Positions 17,832 to 26,419 of a stretch of 64,000 bases of DNA are shown one piece after another. The position numbers were made by a program, and so were the translations under genes. The notes under the pieces were generated by a model. It was not told the DNA's origin. It ran no database searches and was given only the letters and a program-made list of their open reading frames with translations. How positions within the stretch are numbered: position 1 is the first letter of the stretch; every line of letters begins with the position of its first letter. The stretch comes from Acidobacteriota bacterium (GTDB lineage Bacteria; Acidobacteriota; Vicinamibacteria; Vicinamibacterales; SCN-69-37): positions 33,602 through 97,601 of the forward strand of contig JBDTNQ010000005.1 in the NCBI GenBank assembly GCA_039933635.1, given 5' to 3'.

Positions 17832-19019
17832 GTGCCCCCCATGGACATCGTGATTCTGGCTGCTGTGCGCACGCCGATCGGGAGCTTTCAGGGAGCGCTG
17901 TCGTCCGTGCCGGCTCCGCGGCTGGGCGCGGCTGCGATTCGCGGGGCGCTGGAGCGTGGAGGACTGCCAGCCGAACAGGTGACGGACGTCGCCATGGGCA
18001 ACGTGCTCCAGGCCGGTCTGGGACAGGCACCCGCCCGCCAGGCGGGCATCCATGCGGGACTACCCGCGTCGGTTCGTGCAGTCACCGTTCACAAGGTGTG
18101 TGGGTCGGGGATGCAGGCCATCATCCAGGCCTCGCATGCGCTCACGCTGGGAGCGTCGACTCTGGCTGTCGCAGGCGGCATGGAAAACATGTCCGCCGCG
18201 CCGTATCTGCTCCCGAAGGCGCGTGATGGTTATCGACTCGGCCATCAGCAGGTCGTCGATTCGATCATCACCGACGGGCTCTGGGATCCCTACAACGACC
18301 TCCACATGGGTCAGTGCGCGGAGCAGTGCGCGGCGCGCTACCGGTTCACGCGGGCCCAGCAGGAGGCGTATGCCATCGCGTCATTTCAACGCGCCAACGC
18401 GGCTCAGGCGGATGGCTCGTCCGCCAACGAAATCGTGTCAGTGGAGGTTGCCGGGCCCAAGGGCACGGCCACGGTTGTCGATCGCGACGAGGGTCCGTCG
18501 CGCGTGAACTACGACAAGATTCCGGCGCTGCGTCCGGCGTTCGACGTGTCCGGCACGATCACGGCCGCGACGGCCTCGACGATCAACGACGGAGCCGCGG
18601 CGCTTGTGCTCACCACAGCGGCCACGGCCCAGGCGATGGGCGTCTCGCCCCTCGCGCGGGTCGTCGCCTTCGGCGCGCACGCGCAGGATCCGGTGTGGTT
18701 CACGACGGCGCCGGTCCAGGCCGCGCGCCACGCACTCGCGGCGGCGGGCTGGACCATCGAGGACGTGGACCTGTGGGAGGTGAACGAGGCGTTCGCCGTG
18801 GTGCCGATGGCCTTCATGGCCGACCTCGGCATCTCGCACGACGTGGTGAACGTTCGGGGCGGGGTGATCGCCCTCGGTCACCCCATCGGAGCGTCCGGCG
18901 CGAGAATCGTGGTGACGCTCCTCAGCGCGCTGAAGCAGCGCGGGCTACGTCGCGGCGTCGCCGCAATCTGCATCGGTGGCGGCGAAGGGTTGGCGGCATG
19001 TGTCGAACTGCTGCCGTGA
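17832..19019 (+). CDS. Acetyl-CoA C-acetyltransferase (thiolase II)
   Basis: VHKVCGSGMQAI (active-site Cys), NEAFA, GHPIGASGARI and a CIGGGEGLA C-terminus. The start could be the ATG at 17841. Confidence 0.9.
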   Translation: MPPMDIVILAAVRTPIGSFQGALSSVPAPRLGAAAIRGALERGGLPAEQVTDVAMGNVLQAGLGQAPARQAGIHAGLPASVRAVTVHKVCGSGMQAIIQASHALTLGASTLAVAGGMENMSAAPYLLPKARDGYRLGHQQVVDSIITDGLWDPYNDLHMGQCAEQCAARYRFTRAQQEAYAIASFQRANAAQADGSSANEIVSVEVAGPKGTATVVDRDEGPSRVNYDKIPALRPAFDVSGTITAATASTINDGAAALVLTTAATAQAMGVSPLARVVAFGAHAQDPVWFTTAPVQAARHALAAAGWTIEDVDLWEVNEAFAVVPMAFMADLGISHDVVNVRGGVIALGHPIGASGARIVVTLLSALKQRGLRRGVAAICIGGGEGLAACVELLP

Positions 19020-19022
19020 CAT

Positions 19023-20243
19023 TCACGCCCGCGCCGCGACGATCTTTGTCGAGGTCCGGAAGAACAACAGCACCAGAAGCAGAATCGCGAACGACGCGCC
19101 CGCCGACGTCAACCAGAACGCCGGCCAGTTCCGCGACACGACGATGCCGTTGTTTGTCGTCGTGAAGTAGTCGAGCGCGCCGCCGGACAGGAACGATCCG
19201 ATCAGCATGCCGGCGCCGTACGTGGCCAGGGTGATGAAGCCCTGGGCCGTGCTGCGCATGTGCGCGGGCGCCTCTTGATCGGTGTACAGCTGACCGCTGA
19301 CGAAGAAGAAGTCGTAGCAGACGCCGTGCAGCACGATGGCGAGGTAGAACATCCACATGCCGGGGCCGGCGTCGCCGTGGGCGAGTAGCACGTACCGCAG
19401 GACCCACGCGCCGAGACCCAGCACCAGGATGTTGCGGATCGAGAGCAGACGGAAGAAGAACGGCATCGCCATCAGCATGACGACCTCGGACGCCTGCCCC
19501 AGCGTCATCTTGCCGGCCGCATTCACTACGCCGATTTCGTTGAAATACGTGTTCGTAAACGTGTAGTAGAACGTGAGGGGGATGCAGGCGAGGACCGACG
19601 CGATGACGAAGATCAGGTAGGAGCGGTTCTTCATCATCGCCAGCGCGTCCAGGCCCAGGATGCTGCGCACGCTGACGCGTTGCCCACGCGCGCGCGGCGG
19701 CGTGTGCGGCAGCGCCACGAGGCTGAACACGCACATCACGCCGCAGAGTCCCGCCGCCAGCAGGAACGGCGTCGTGTCCGCCTCGATCCGCATCGCCCCG
19801 ACGATGAGGTTGATGACAATCCAGCCGAGCGTGCCCATCGTGCGGATCGGCGGGAAGTCACGACCGGGATCCGCGACCTGCTGCATCGTGATCGAGTTGG
19901 TCAGCGCGATGCTGGGAAAGAAGCAGAGACAGAACAGGAGCAGCAGGACGTAGACGCTCGCAAACGTCGTGACGTGCATCAGGCTCAGCATGCACACCGC
20001 GCCCGCCGCGTAGAGCGCGGCAAGCACCCGCTCGGTCGCGAAGAAGCGGTCCGCGACGAGGCCCACGAAGAAAGGCGCGACCAGCGCGGCCACGGCCGTC
20101 GTGCCGAACGCGGCGCCAGCCTGCGTACCGGTGAAGTGCAGCGTGCTCGTGAGGTACGTATTCAGCGTGACGTACCACGAGCCCCAGATCGCGTACTCAA
20201 GGAACATCATCAGACCGAGACGAGTCTTGACGAGCGATCCCAT
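19023..20243 (-). CDS. NHS-family nucleoside:H+ symporter (NupG/XapB-like MFS permease)
   Basis: The N-terminus LMMFLEYAIWGSWYVTLNTYL...FVGLVADRF parallels E. coli NupG. About 12 TM segments. Confidence 0.75.
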   Translation of the reverse strand: MGSLVKTRLGLMMFLEYAIWGSWYVTLNTYLTSTLHFTGTQAGAAFGTTAVAALVAPFFVGLVADRFFATERVLAALYAAGAVCMLSLMHVTTFASVYVLLLLFCLCFFPSIALTNSITMQQVADPGRDFPPIRTMGTLGWIVINLIVGAMRIEADTTPFLLAAGLCGVMCVFSLVALPHTPPRARGQRVSVRSILGLDALAMMKNRSYLIFVIASVLACIPLTFYYTFTNTYFNEIGVVNAAGKMTLGQASEVVMLMAMPFFFRLLSIRNILVLGLGAWVLRYVLLAHGDAGPGMWMFYLAIVLHGVCYDFFFVSGQLYTDQEAPAHMRSTAQGFITLATYGAGMLIGSFLSGGALDYFTTTNNGIVVSRNWPAFWLTSAGASFAILLLVLLFFRTSTKIVAARA

Positions 20244-20340
20244 CAGAATGCTGCCTCCTGGCGTATCGGCCTGCCGGTTGAACGGTGTCGAGTGTAATCA
20301 GTTTGCCCGTGCGGCGCCACGCCTGAAGTAGTCTTTCCCC

Positions 20341-21369
20341 ATGGAACAGCGACGATTGGGCACGTCGGGACTCAGTGTGTCCGTCCTGAGTTTCGGCACG
20401 ATGACGGTGGGCGGCCGCGATCGCTTCGGCAAGATGGGCAATCTGGATGTGACGCAGACGTCGCACATCCTGGACGTGTGCCAGGAAGCAGGGCTCACCA
20501 CCATCGACACCGCCAACATGTACTCGTCCGGCGGTGCCGAGGAGATTCTGGGTGAGGCGCTCAAGGGCCGTCGCGATCAGTTCGTGCTCGTGACGAAGGC
20601 GTTCATGCGGGTCGGTCCCGGGCCGCACGATACGGGCCTTTCGCGCAAACACCTGATCGCGGCCTGCGAGGCGAGCCTGCGGCGGTTGCAGACCGACTAC
20701 CTCGATCTTTACATGGGCCATGAACCCGACATGTTCGTGCCCGTCGAGGAGACCCTGCGCGCGTTCGACGACCTCGTGTCGCAAGGCAAAGTGCGCTACC
20801 TCGGCTGTTCGAATCACTCGGCGTGGCACGTGATGAAGGCGCTCGCGGCGTCCGACCGTCTCGGCCTCGCGCGCTATGTGTGTCAGCAGGTGAACTACTC
20901 GCTGCTGGGCCGCGATGTGGAGCACGAGATCGTGCCGCTCGGCCTGGATCAGGGCGTGGGGATCATGGCGTGGAGCCCGCTTCATGCGGGGTTGCTCACC
21001 GGCAAGTTCCGGCGGGACGTGCGCCCCGACGTGAGCCGCCTCAACGAGCTCGAGGCGCCCGGCACGGTCGACTACGAACGCGTCTATCGGATCGTCGACG
21101 TGCTCCTCGCGATTGCAGCGGAGCGCAACGTGACTGCCGCGCAGGTGGCGTTGAACTGGGTGCTCTCGAAGCCGGGGGTGGACACGGTGATTCTCGGCGC
21201 GCGGCACGAGGCGCAGTTACGGGACAACCTCGCCGCGGCGACCTGGCGGTTGAGCGTCGACGAAGTAGCCCGTCTCGACACGGTCAGCGCGTTGCCCGAA
21301 CCGTACCCGCTCTGGCATCAGCACAAGTTCGGACTGGAGCGGAATCCCAGGCTGCCCAGCGCGCGATAG
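20341..21369 (+). CDS. Aldo/keto reductase
   Basis: RRLGTSGLSVSVLSFGTMT, IDTANMYSSGGAEEILG, DLYMGHEPD and GCSNHSAW are typical of the AKR family. Confidence 0.85.
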   Translation: MEQRRLGTSGLSVSVLSFGTMTVGGRDRFGKMGNLDVTQTSHILDVCQEAGLTTIDTANMYSSGGAEEILGEALKGRRDQFVLVTKAFMRVGPGPHDTGLSRKHLIAACEASLRRLQTDYLDLYMGHEPDMFVPVEETLRAFDDLVSQGKVRYLGCSNHSAWHVMKALAASDRLGLARYVCQQVNYSLLGRDVEHEIVPLGLDQGVGIMAWSPLHAGLLTGKFRRDVRPDVSRLNELEAPGTVDYERVYRIVDVLLAIAAERNVTAAQVALNWVLSKPGVDTVILGARHEAQLRDNLAAATWRLSVDEVARLDTVSALPEPYPLWHQHKFGLERNPRLPSAR

Positions 21370-21519
21370 CGCGTGGCCGGGTGCTACACTACCGTGGCCA
21401 CTTGCGTGCCGATGGCGGTCGTCTTCTCGCATGCTCGCGGTGCGAGTCGGAGGGCCGTAGGACGCGACGGTCGGCATTTCGCGGAAACCCAGCCGACCTC
21501 ATCCTGGGAGGCGGCATTC

Positions 21520-22494
21520 ATGTCGGGTTCCGTGTCGCGGTTCATCGATCTTCACTATCGTCACTTCAATGCGGCGACGCTCAAGGATGCCGCCGACGGC
21601 TACCGCGCCCACGTCGGCCAGGGGGGGCGGATGCTCGTCACGCTGGCCGGCGCGATGAGCACCGCGGAGCTCGGAATTTCGCTGGCCGAGATGATCCGCG
21701 CGGACAAGGTGCATGCGATCTGCTGCACGGGCGCGAACCTCGAAGAGGATGTCTTCAATCTGGTCGCGCATGATCACTACGTGCGCATTCCGCGTTACCG
21801 AGACCTCACCGCCGCCGACGAACAGGCGTTGCTCGAGCGACACCTCAACCGGGTGACCGACACCTGCATTCCGGAAATGGAAGCCATGCGCCGCGTCGAG
21901 AACATCGTGCTCGAGCGGTGGGTCGCGGCGTCGGACACCGGCCGGCGTGCGTTCCCGCACGAGTTTCTCTACGACGTGCTCCTCGATGGCAGTCTGACGC
22001 CGTTCTATCAGGCCGATCCCGCCCATAGCTGGCTGCTCGCGGCGGCCGAACGCCGCCTGCCGATCTTCGTGCCGGGATGGGAAGATTCCACGCTCGGGAA
22101 CGTGTTCGCGGCGCGCTGCATGGATGGCCGCATCGGCCAGGTGTCCACCGTGCGCTCGGGTCTCGAGTACATGATCGAGCTCGCCGAGTGGTACACGCGC
22201 ACGAGCGCCGGCGCGTCGATTGGCTTCTTCCAGATCGGCGGCGGCATCGCCGGCGACTTCCCGATCTGCGTCGTCCCGATGCTGCACCAGGATTTGAGGC
22301 AATCGAACGTACCCCTCTGGGGCTATTTCTGCCAGATCTCCGATTCGACGACGAGCTACGGATCGTATTCCGGGGCCGTGCCCAACGAGAAAATCACCTG
22401 GGGCAAGCTGGCGGCGGATACCCCGTCGTACATCATCGAGTCGGACGCCACGATCGTCGTGCCCCTGATGTTTGCAAAGGTCCTTGGATGGTAG
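21520..22494 (+). CDS. Deoxyhypusine synthase-like (DHS/homospermidine synthase family) protein
   Basis: The ATG at 21520 is preceded by GGGAGG. DHS-like pattern (TLAGAMSTAELG, ICCTGANLEEDVF, IGGGIAGDF) with the catalytic-lysine context conserved (NEKITWGKL; compare SWGK in eukaryotic DHS). Confidence 0.75.
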   Translation: MSGSVSRFIDLHYRHFNAATLKDAADGYRAHVGQGGRMLVTLAGAMSTAELGISLAEMIRADKVHAICCTGANLEEDVFNLVAHDHYVRIPRYRDLTAADEQALLERHLNRVTDTCIPEMEAMRRVENIVLERWVAASDTGRRAFPHEFLYDVLLDGSLTPFYQADPAHSWLLAAAERRLPIFVPGWEDSTLGNVFAARCMDGRIGQVSTVRSGLEYMIELAEWYTRTSAGASIGFFQIGGGIAGDFPICVVPMLHQDLRQSNVPLWGYFCQISDSTTSYGSYSGAVPNEKITWGKLAADTPSYIIESDATIVVPLMFAKVLGW

Positions 22495-23450
22495 TCGTCA
22501 CCGGAGCCGCGGGGTTCATTGGTGCCCGCGTGGTCGAAGCCTTGAAGGCGCGCGGTACGGACGTCGCGTCGGTCGATCATCGCGCCGCGTTCGACGGCCG
22601 TCCGGAACACGCGGGGCTCGATTTTGGCCAGCGCGTCGACGTCGACGACCTGGGGGGCTGGTTGAAGGCCGTCACGATCACGGCGATCGTGCATCTCGGT
22701 GCGTGCACGGACACGCGAGAGATGGACCGGAGCTATCTCAACCGCGTGAATCTCGAGGCCTCGCAGGAGTTGTGGAGTCACGCCACGCGCGCCGGCATCC
22801 CACTCATCTACGCCAGCAGCGCGGCGACCTACGGCGACGGCGCGCTGGGGTATGACGATGACGAGGCGTTGATTGCCCGGCTGCGCCCGCTGAATCCCTA
22901 CGGCCAGTCGAAGCAGGATTTCGACATGTGGGTGCTGGCGCAGGAGCGCGCGGGACACCACCCGAGGGCGTGGACGGGCCTGAAGTTCTTCAACGTGTAC
23001 GGCTTCGGCGAGCGCCACAAAGGCCGGATGGCGAGCGTGGTGCTGCACGCATTCGATCAGGTGCAGAGCCGGGGATTCGTCAGTCTGTTCAGGAGCCACC
23101 GCGACGGAATCGCCGACGGGCACCAGTCGCGCGACTTCGTCTTCGTCGGTGACGTGGTCGAGACGGTTATCGCGATGCTCGATCGTCCGCCGTCACGCGG
23201 CATCTTCAACCTGGGCAGCGGTACCGCGCGAACGTTTCTGGATCTGACCCGCGCCGTGTTCACCGCACTCGACCGGCCAGCCGACATCCGTTTCATTGAC
23301 ACGCCCGTGGATCTGCGGGCGCAATACCAGTACTTCACCGAGGCCCGGATGACCCGCCTCCGCGACGCGGGATTTGCGCGTCACCCGATCGATCTCGAAC
23401 GCGGCGTGGAGCACTACGTGGCTCGACTCAGCCGCGCCGCGCACGTATGA
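22488..23450 (+). CDS. hldD: ADP-L-glycero-D-manno-heptose 6-epimerase-like NAD(P)-dependent epimerase
   Basis: VTGAAGFIG, ASSAATYG, NPYGQSK, FFNVYGFGERHKGRMASV, RDFVFVGDV, IFNLGSG and YQYFTEA parallel E. coli HldD/RfaD. The start overlaps the upstream stop. Confidence 0.75.
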   Translation: MVVVTGAAGFIGARVVEALKARGTDVASVDHRAAFDGRPEHAGLDFGQRVDVDDLGGWLKAVTITAIVHLGACTDTREMDRSYLNRVNLEASQELWSHATRAGIPLIYASSAATYGDGALGYDDDEALIARLRPLNPYGQSKQDFDMWVLAQERAGHHPRAWTGLKFFNVYGFGERHKGRMASVVLHAFDQVQSRGFVSLFRSHRDGIADGHQSRDFVFVGDVVETVIAMLDRPPSRGIFNLGSGTARTFLDLTRAVFTALDRPADIRFIDTPVDLRAQYQYFTEARMTRLRDAGFARHPIDLERGVEHYVARLSRAAHV

Positions 23451-24796
23451 GCGCCCCGATCGAAACGCCCGGACACGACGACGCGCGGATCGCCGGCTGG
23501 GGCGGTGTGTCCGTGCGCGGGCGCGAGGTGCGTTCGGAGGACCTCGAGGAACTGACCCGCGACGTGGTCCTCACGCGCGGGTTGGCGCGTTCCTATGGCG
23601 ACTCCTCGCTGCCTCCGCCGAGCAGTCCCGTCGTGGCCGGCACGGTGCTCGCGGACCGACTGCTCGCGTTCAATCCTGAAACGGGATGCCTGCGCGCGGA
23701 GGCCGGCTACTCGCTCCACGAGCTCTATCGCACGTTCCTGCCGCGGGGCTGGTTCACCCCCGTGTCACCGGGCACGCAGTTCGTCACCCTCGGCGGAATG
23801 GTCGCGGCCGACGTCCACGGCAAGAACCACCACGTGAAAGGATCGATCGGGGGCCACGTGCAGGCGCTGAAGATTCGCGTCGGCACCGGCGAGGTGGTGA
23901 CCTGCTCGCGCGAGGCGTTGCCGGATCTGTTCAGGGCCACGATCGGCGGCATGGGACTCACGGGTCATATTCTCGAAGTCGACCTCACCCTCGAGCGGAT
24001 TCCGTCACCGTGGATTGTCGGCATCCGGCGTCGGATCTCGGACATCGATGAGTTCCTGACGGCTCTGAAGACCGACGCGGCCGAGTGGCCGTTCACCATG
24101 GGCTGGATCGACTGCCTGTCGCGCGGGCGACACATGGGCCGCGGCGTGCTGATGGCGGGTCGATGGGCCACGCCGGCCGAGGCACCAAGGCAGGTGCCGC
24201 GGCACCTGCCCCGCATCACCGTCCCGTTTTCCTGCCCCGAGTGGGTAATGGGCCACACGATGGTCCGCGTGTTCAATGCGGCAATTTATCGCGTGCTGGG
24301 CACGCGGACGCGTCCCAGGGTGCTCCATCCAGAGCCCTTCTTCTATCCGCTCGACGTGCTCCGGCAATGGAACCGGCTCTACGGCGCGCGCGGGTTCACC
24401 CAGCACCAATGTGTGTTGCCGGACACGGCCGGGCCGGCAGCCGTGCGCGGGTTGCTCGAACTGCTGACGCGCCAGGGCGCTGCGTCATTTCTCTGTGTCA
24501 TCAAGGACTGTGGCGACGAAGGCGAGGGTCTGCTGTCATTCCCACGTCGCGGGACATCGATCGCGTTGGACATGCCGATCCGCGACAACACCCAGGCCGT
24601 CGTCGACACGCTCAACGAGTTCGTGGTCGGGGTTGGCGGCCGCGTCTATCTCGCGAAGGACGCGTTCACACGCGCCGATCACTATCGGAAAATGGAGTCG
24701 CGCTTGCCGGAATTCGAAGCGATCCGCCGCCGATGGGATCCGCGGGCACGCTTGAAGAGCGCGCAGTCGGTGCGCCTGCTCGGGGATCAACCATGA
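23447..24796 (+). CDS. FAD-binding oxidoreductase, DprE1-like (decaprenylphospho-beta-D-ribofuranose 2-oxidase family)
   Basis: 449 aa with FAD-binding PCMH-type motifs (RGLARSYGDS, TLGGMVAADVHGKNHH). The C-terminal region is as in DprE1-family enzymes. ATGA overlap with the upstream gene. Confidence 0.7.
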   Translation: MSAPIETPGHDDARIAGWGGVSVRGREVRSEDLEELTRDVVLTRGLARSYGDSSLPPPSSPVVAGTVLADRLLAFNPETGCLRAEAGYSLHELYRTFLPRGWFTPVSPGTQFVTLGGMVAADVHGKNHHVKGSIGGHVQALKIRVGTGEVVTCSREALPDLFRATIGGMGLTGHILEVDLTLERIPSPWIVGIRRRISDIDEFLTALKTDAAEWPFTMGWIDCLSRGRHMGRGVLMAGRWATPAEAPRQVPRHLPRITVPFSCPEWVMGHTMVRVFNAAIYRVLGTRTRPRVLHPEPFFYPLDVLRQWNRLYGARGFTQHQCVLPDTAGPAAVRGLLELLTRQGAASFLCVIKDCGDEGEGLLSFPRRGTSIALDMPIRDNTQAVVDTLNEFVVGVGGRVYLAKDAFTRADHYRKMESRLPEFEAIRRRWDPRARLKSAQSVRLLGDQP

Positions 24797-25530
24797 ACAT
24801 TGTCATCCTCGGCGCCAGCAAAGGGATCGGACGGGCGTTGGCCCGCCAGCTGGCCGAACGCGGCGATCGCCTGTGCCTGCTCGGGCGCGACATCGATGAC
24901 TTGCGGCGCAGCGCGGCCGATATCGCCGTGCGGGCCGGAACCAGCAGCGGCGCGGCGGTCGTAGCGTGCGACCTGGCCGATCCGGACACGTTCGGTCCGG
25001 CCCTTGAAGCCGCGGCAGCGGCGCTGGGCCATGTCGACGTCGTGGTCGTGACCGCTGCCGACTTCGCCACGCAGGCGGTGCTCGAGGCCGATCGAGACCG
25101 ACTGCGCCGCCTCCTCACGGTGAACTTCTCGAACACGGTCCTCTTTTGCGAGGACGCCAGGAAGCGGCTCCTCAGCGCGGGCGGCACCCTGTGCGTCGTC
25201 AGCTCAGTGGCGGGCGAGCGCGGGCGCAAGCCCGTGATCCTCTACGGCGCGACGAAAGCCGGCCTCTCGCGGTATCTTGAAGGGCTCGATCACAAGTATC
25301 GAAGCCAGGGCCTCAAGGTCGTGTGCGTGAAGCCGGGGTTCGTGCGGACGGGGATGACGGCCGGCCTCACGCCGCCGCCGTTTGCGGGCGACCCGCCCGA
25401 CGTGGCGCGGGACATCGTGAAGGCGATCGACCGCGGCACGCCCGTGATCTACACACCCGCAATGTGGGCGGTTGTGATGTTCGTGATTCGGCGGCTGCCG
25501 AGGTTCGTCATGCGCCGGATTGGGTTCTGA
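24793..25530 (+). CDS. SDR oxidoreductase, DprE2-like
   Basis: Begins MNIVILGASKGIGRAL and contains catalytic YGATK. About 245 aa, sitting immediately after the DprE1-like gene with an ATGA overlap, as in dprE1-dprE2 pairs. Confidence 0.65.
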   Translation: MNIVILGASKGIGRALARQLAERGDRLCLLGRDIDDLRRSAADIAVRAGTSSGAAVVACDLADPDTFGPALEAAAAALGHVDVVVVTAADFATQAVLEADRDRLRRLLTVNFSNTVLFCEDARKRLLSAGGTLCVVSSVAGERGRKPVILYGATKAGLSRYLEGLDHKYRSQGLKVVCVKPGFVRTGMTAGLTPPPFAGDPPDVARDIVKAIDRGTPVIYTPAMWAVVMFVIRRLPRFVMRRIGF

Positions 25531-25549
25531 CCGGCGCCGAAGAGCGACT

Positions 25550-26419
25550 ATGACTGCGATGGACACGACAGCATTGGTAGCGCCTGGACGCTTCGTCGGC
25601 GTGATCGGCGCCGGTGTGATGGGACAGACGCTGATGCGCGGGCTGTTGTCCGCGGGCCTCCTGACAAGCGATCAGATCTGGGCCGCCGACCGCAGCGCGG
25701 ACACGCGCGAAACGGTGCGCCGGGATCTGGGCGTCAACGTCATTGAAGAATACTTCGACCTCCTTCCCCAGACCGACCTGGTGTTGCTGTGCGTGAAGCC
25801 GGCCCAGGTCACGGCTGCGCTCGCGACCGCGCGCGACGCAGCGCCGGCCCCGCATACGCTGTTCATCTCAATCCTCGCGGGCGTGACGACGACTCAGCTC
25901 GAACATGCGCTGGGTCTGCCGAATCCGTGGGTCCGCGCGATGCCCAACACGCCCTGTGTCGTGGGTGAGGGCATGACGGTCGTGTGCCGGGGGCGAGATG
26001 CCTCGTCCGCACACGTGGATGTGGCGCATCGCATCTTTTCCGCGGTTGGACGCTGCGAGATCGTCGAAGAGCAGTACTGCAACGCCATTACGGCGCTCAG
26101 CGGCAGCGGTCCCGCCTACATGTACCTGGTGATGGAGGCGCTCGCCGACGCCGGCGTGCGCGTCGGCTTGCCCCGTGGTCTCGCGCTGACGCTCGTCGCG
26201 CAGACGATGCTGGGTGCTGCGACCATGGTGCTTGAAACGGACCGGCACCCGGCCTCCCTCCGCGACGATGTCACGACACCGGCCGGCTGCACGATCGGCG
26301 GCCTGCTCATGCTCGAGGACGGCAAGATCCGGTCCGTGCTCGCGCGCGCGGTTGAAGAAGCCACGCGCATCGTCGATCGTCTCGGGCGGCCCGCCGACCA
26401 CAAAGGCGGGCACGCATGA
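25550..26419 (+). CDS. proC: Pyrroline-5-carboxylate reductase
   Basis: VGVIGAGVMGQTL, MPNTPCVVGEGMT, SGSGPAYMYLVMEALADAG and VTTPAGCTIGGL. The start is uncertain among 25520 (TTG), 25550 and 25559 (ATG). Confidence 0.9.
   Translation: MTAMDTTALVAPGRFVGVIGAGVMGQTLMRGLLSAGLLTSDQIWAADRSADTRETVRRDLGVNVIEEYFDLLPQTDLVLLCVKPAQVTAALATARDAAPAPHTLFISILAGVTTTQLEHALGLPNPWVRAMPNTPCVVGEGMTVVCRGRDASSAHVDVAHRIFSAVGRCEIVEEQYCNAITALSGSGPAYMYLVMEALADAGVRVGLPRGLALTLVAQTMLGAATMVLETDRHPASLRDDVTTPAGCTIGGLLMLEDGKIRSVLARAVEEATRIVDRLGRPADHKGGHA

Noticed and set aside
113-22494. A functional link between the DHS-like enzyme and the EF-P homologue, by analogy with hypusination of eIF5A.
   Set aside because: The genes are 21 kb apart on opposite strands. 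The EF-P loop tip carries Arg rather than the Lys that DHS modifies. Nothing in the sequence supports the link.
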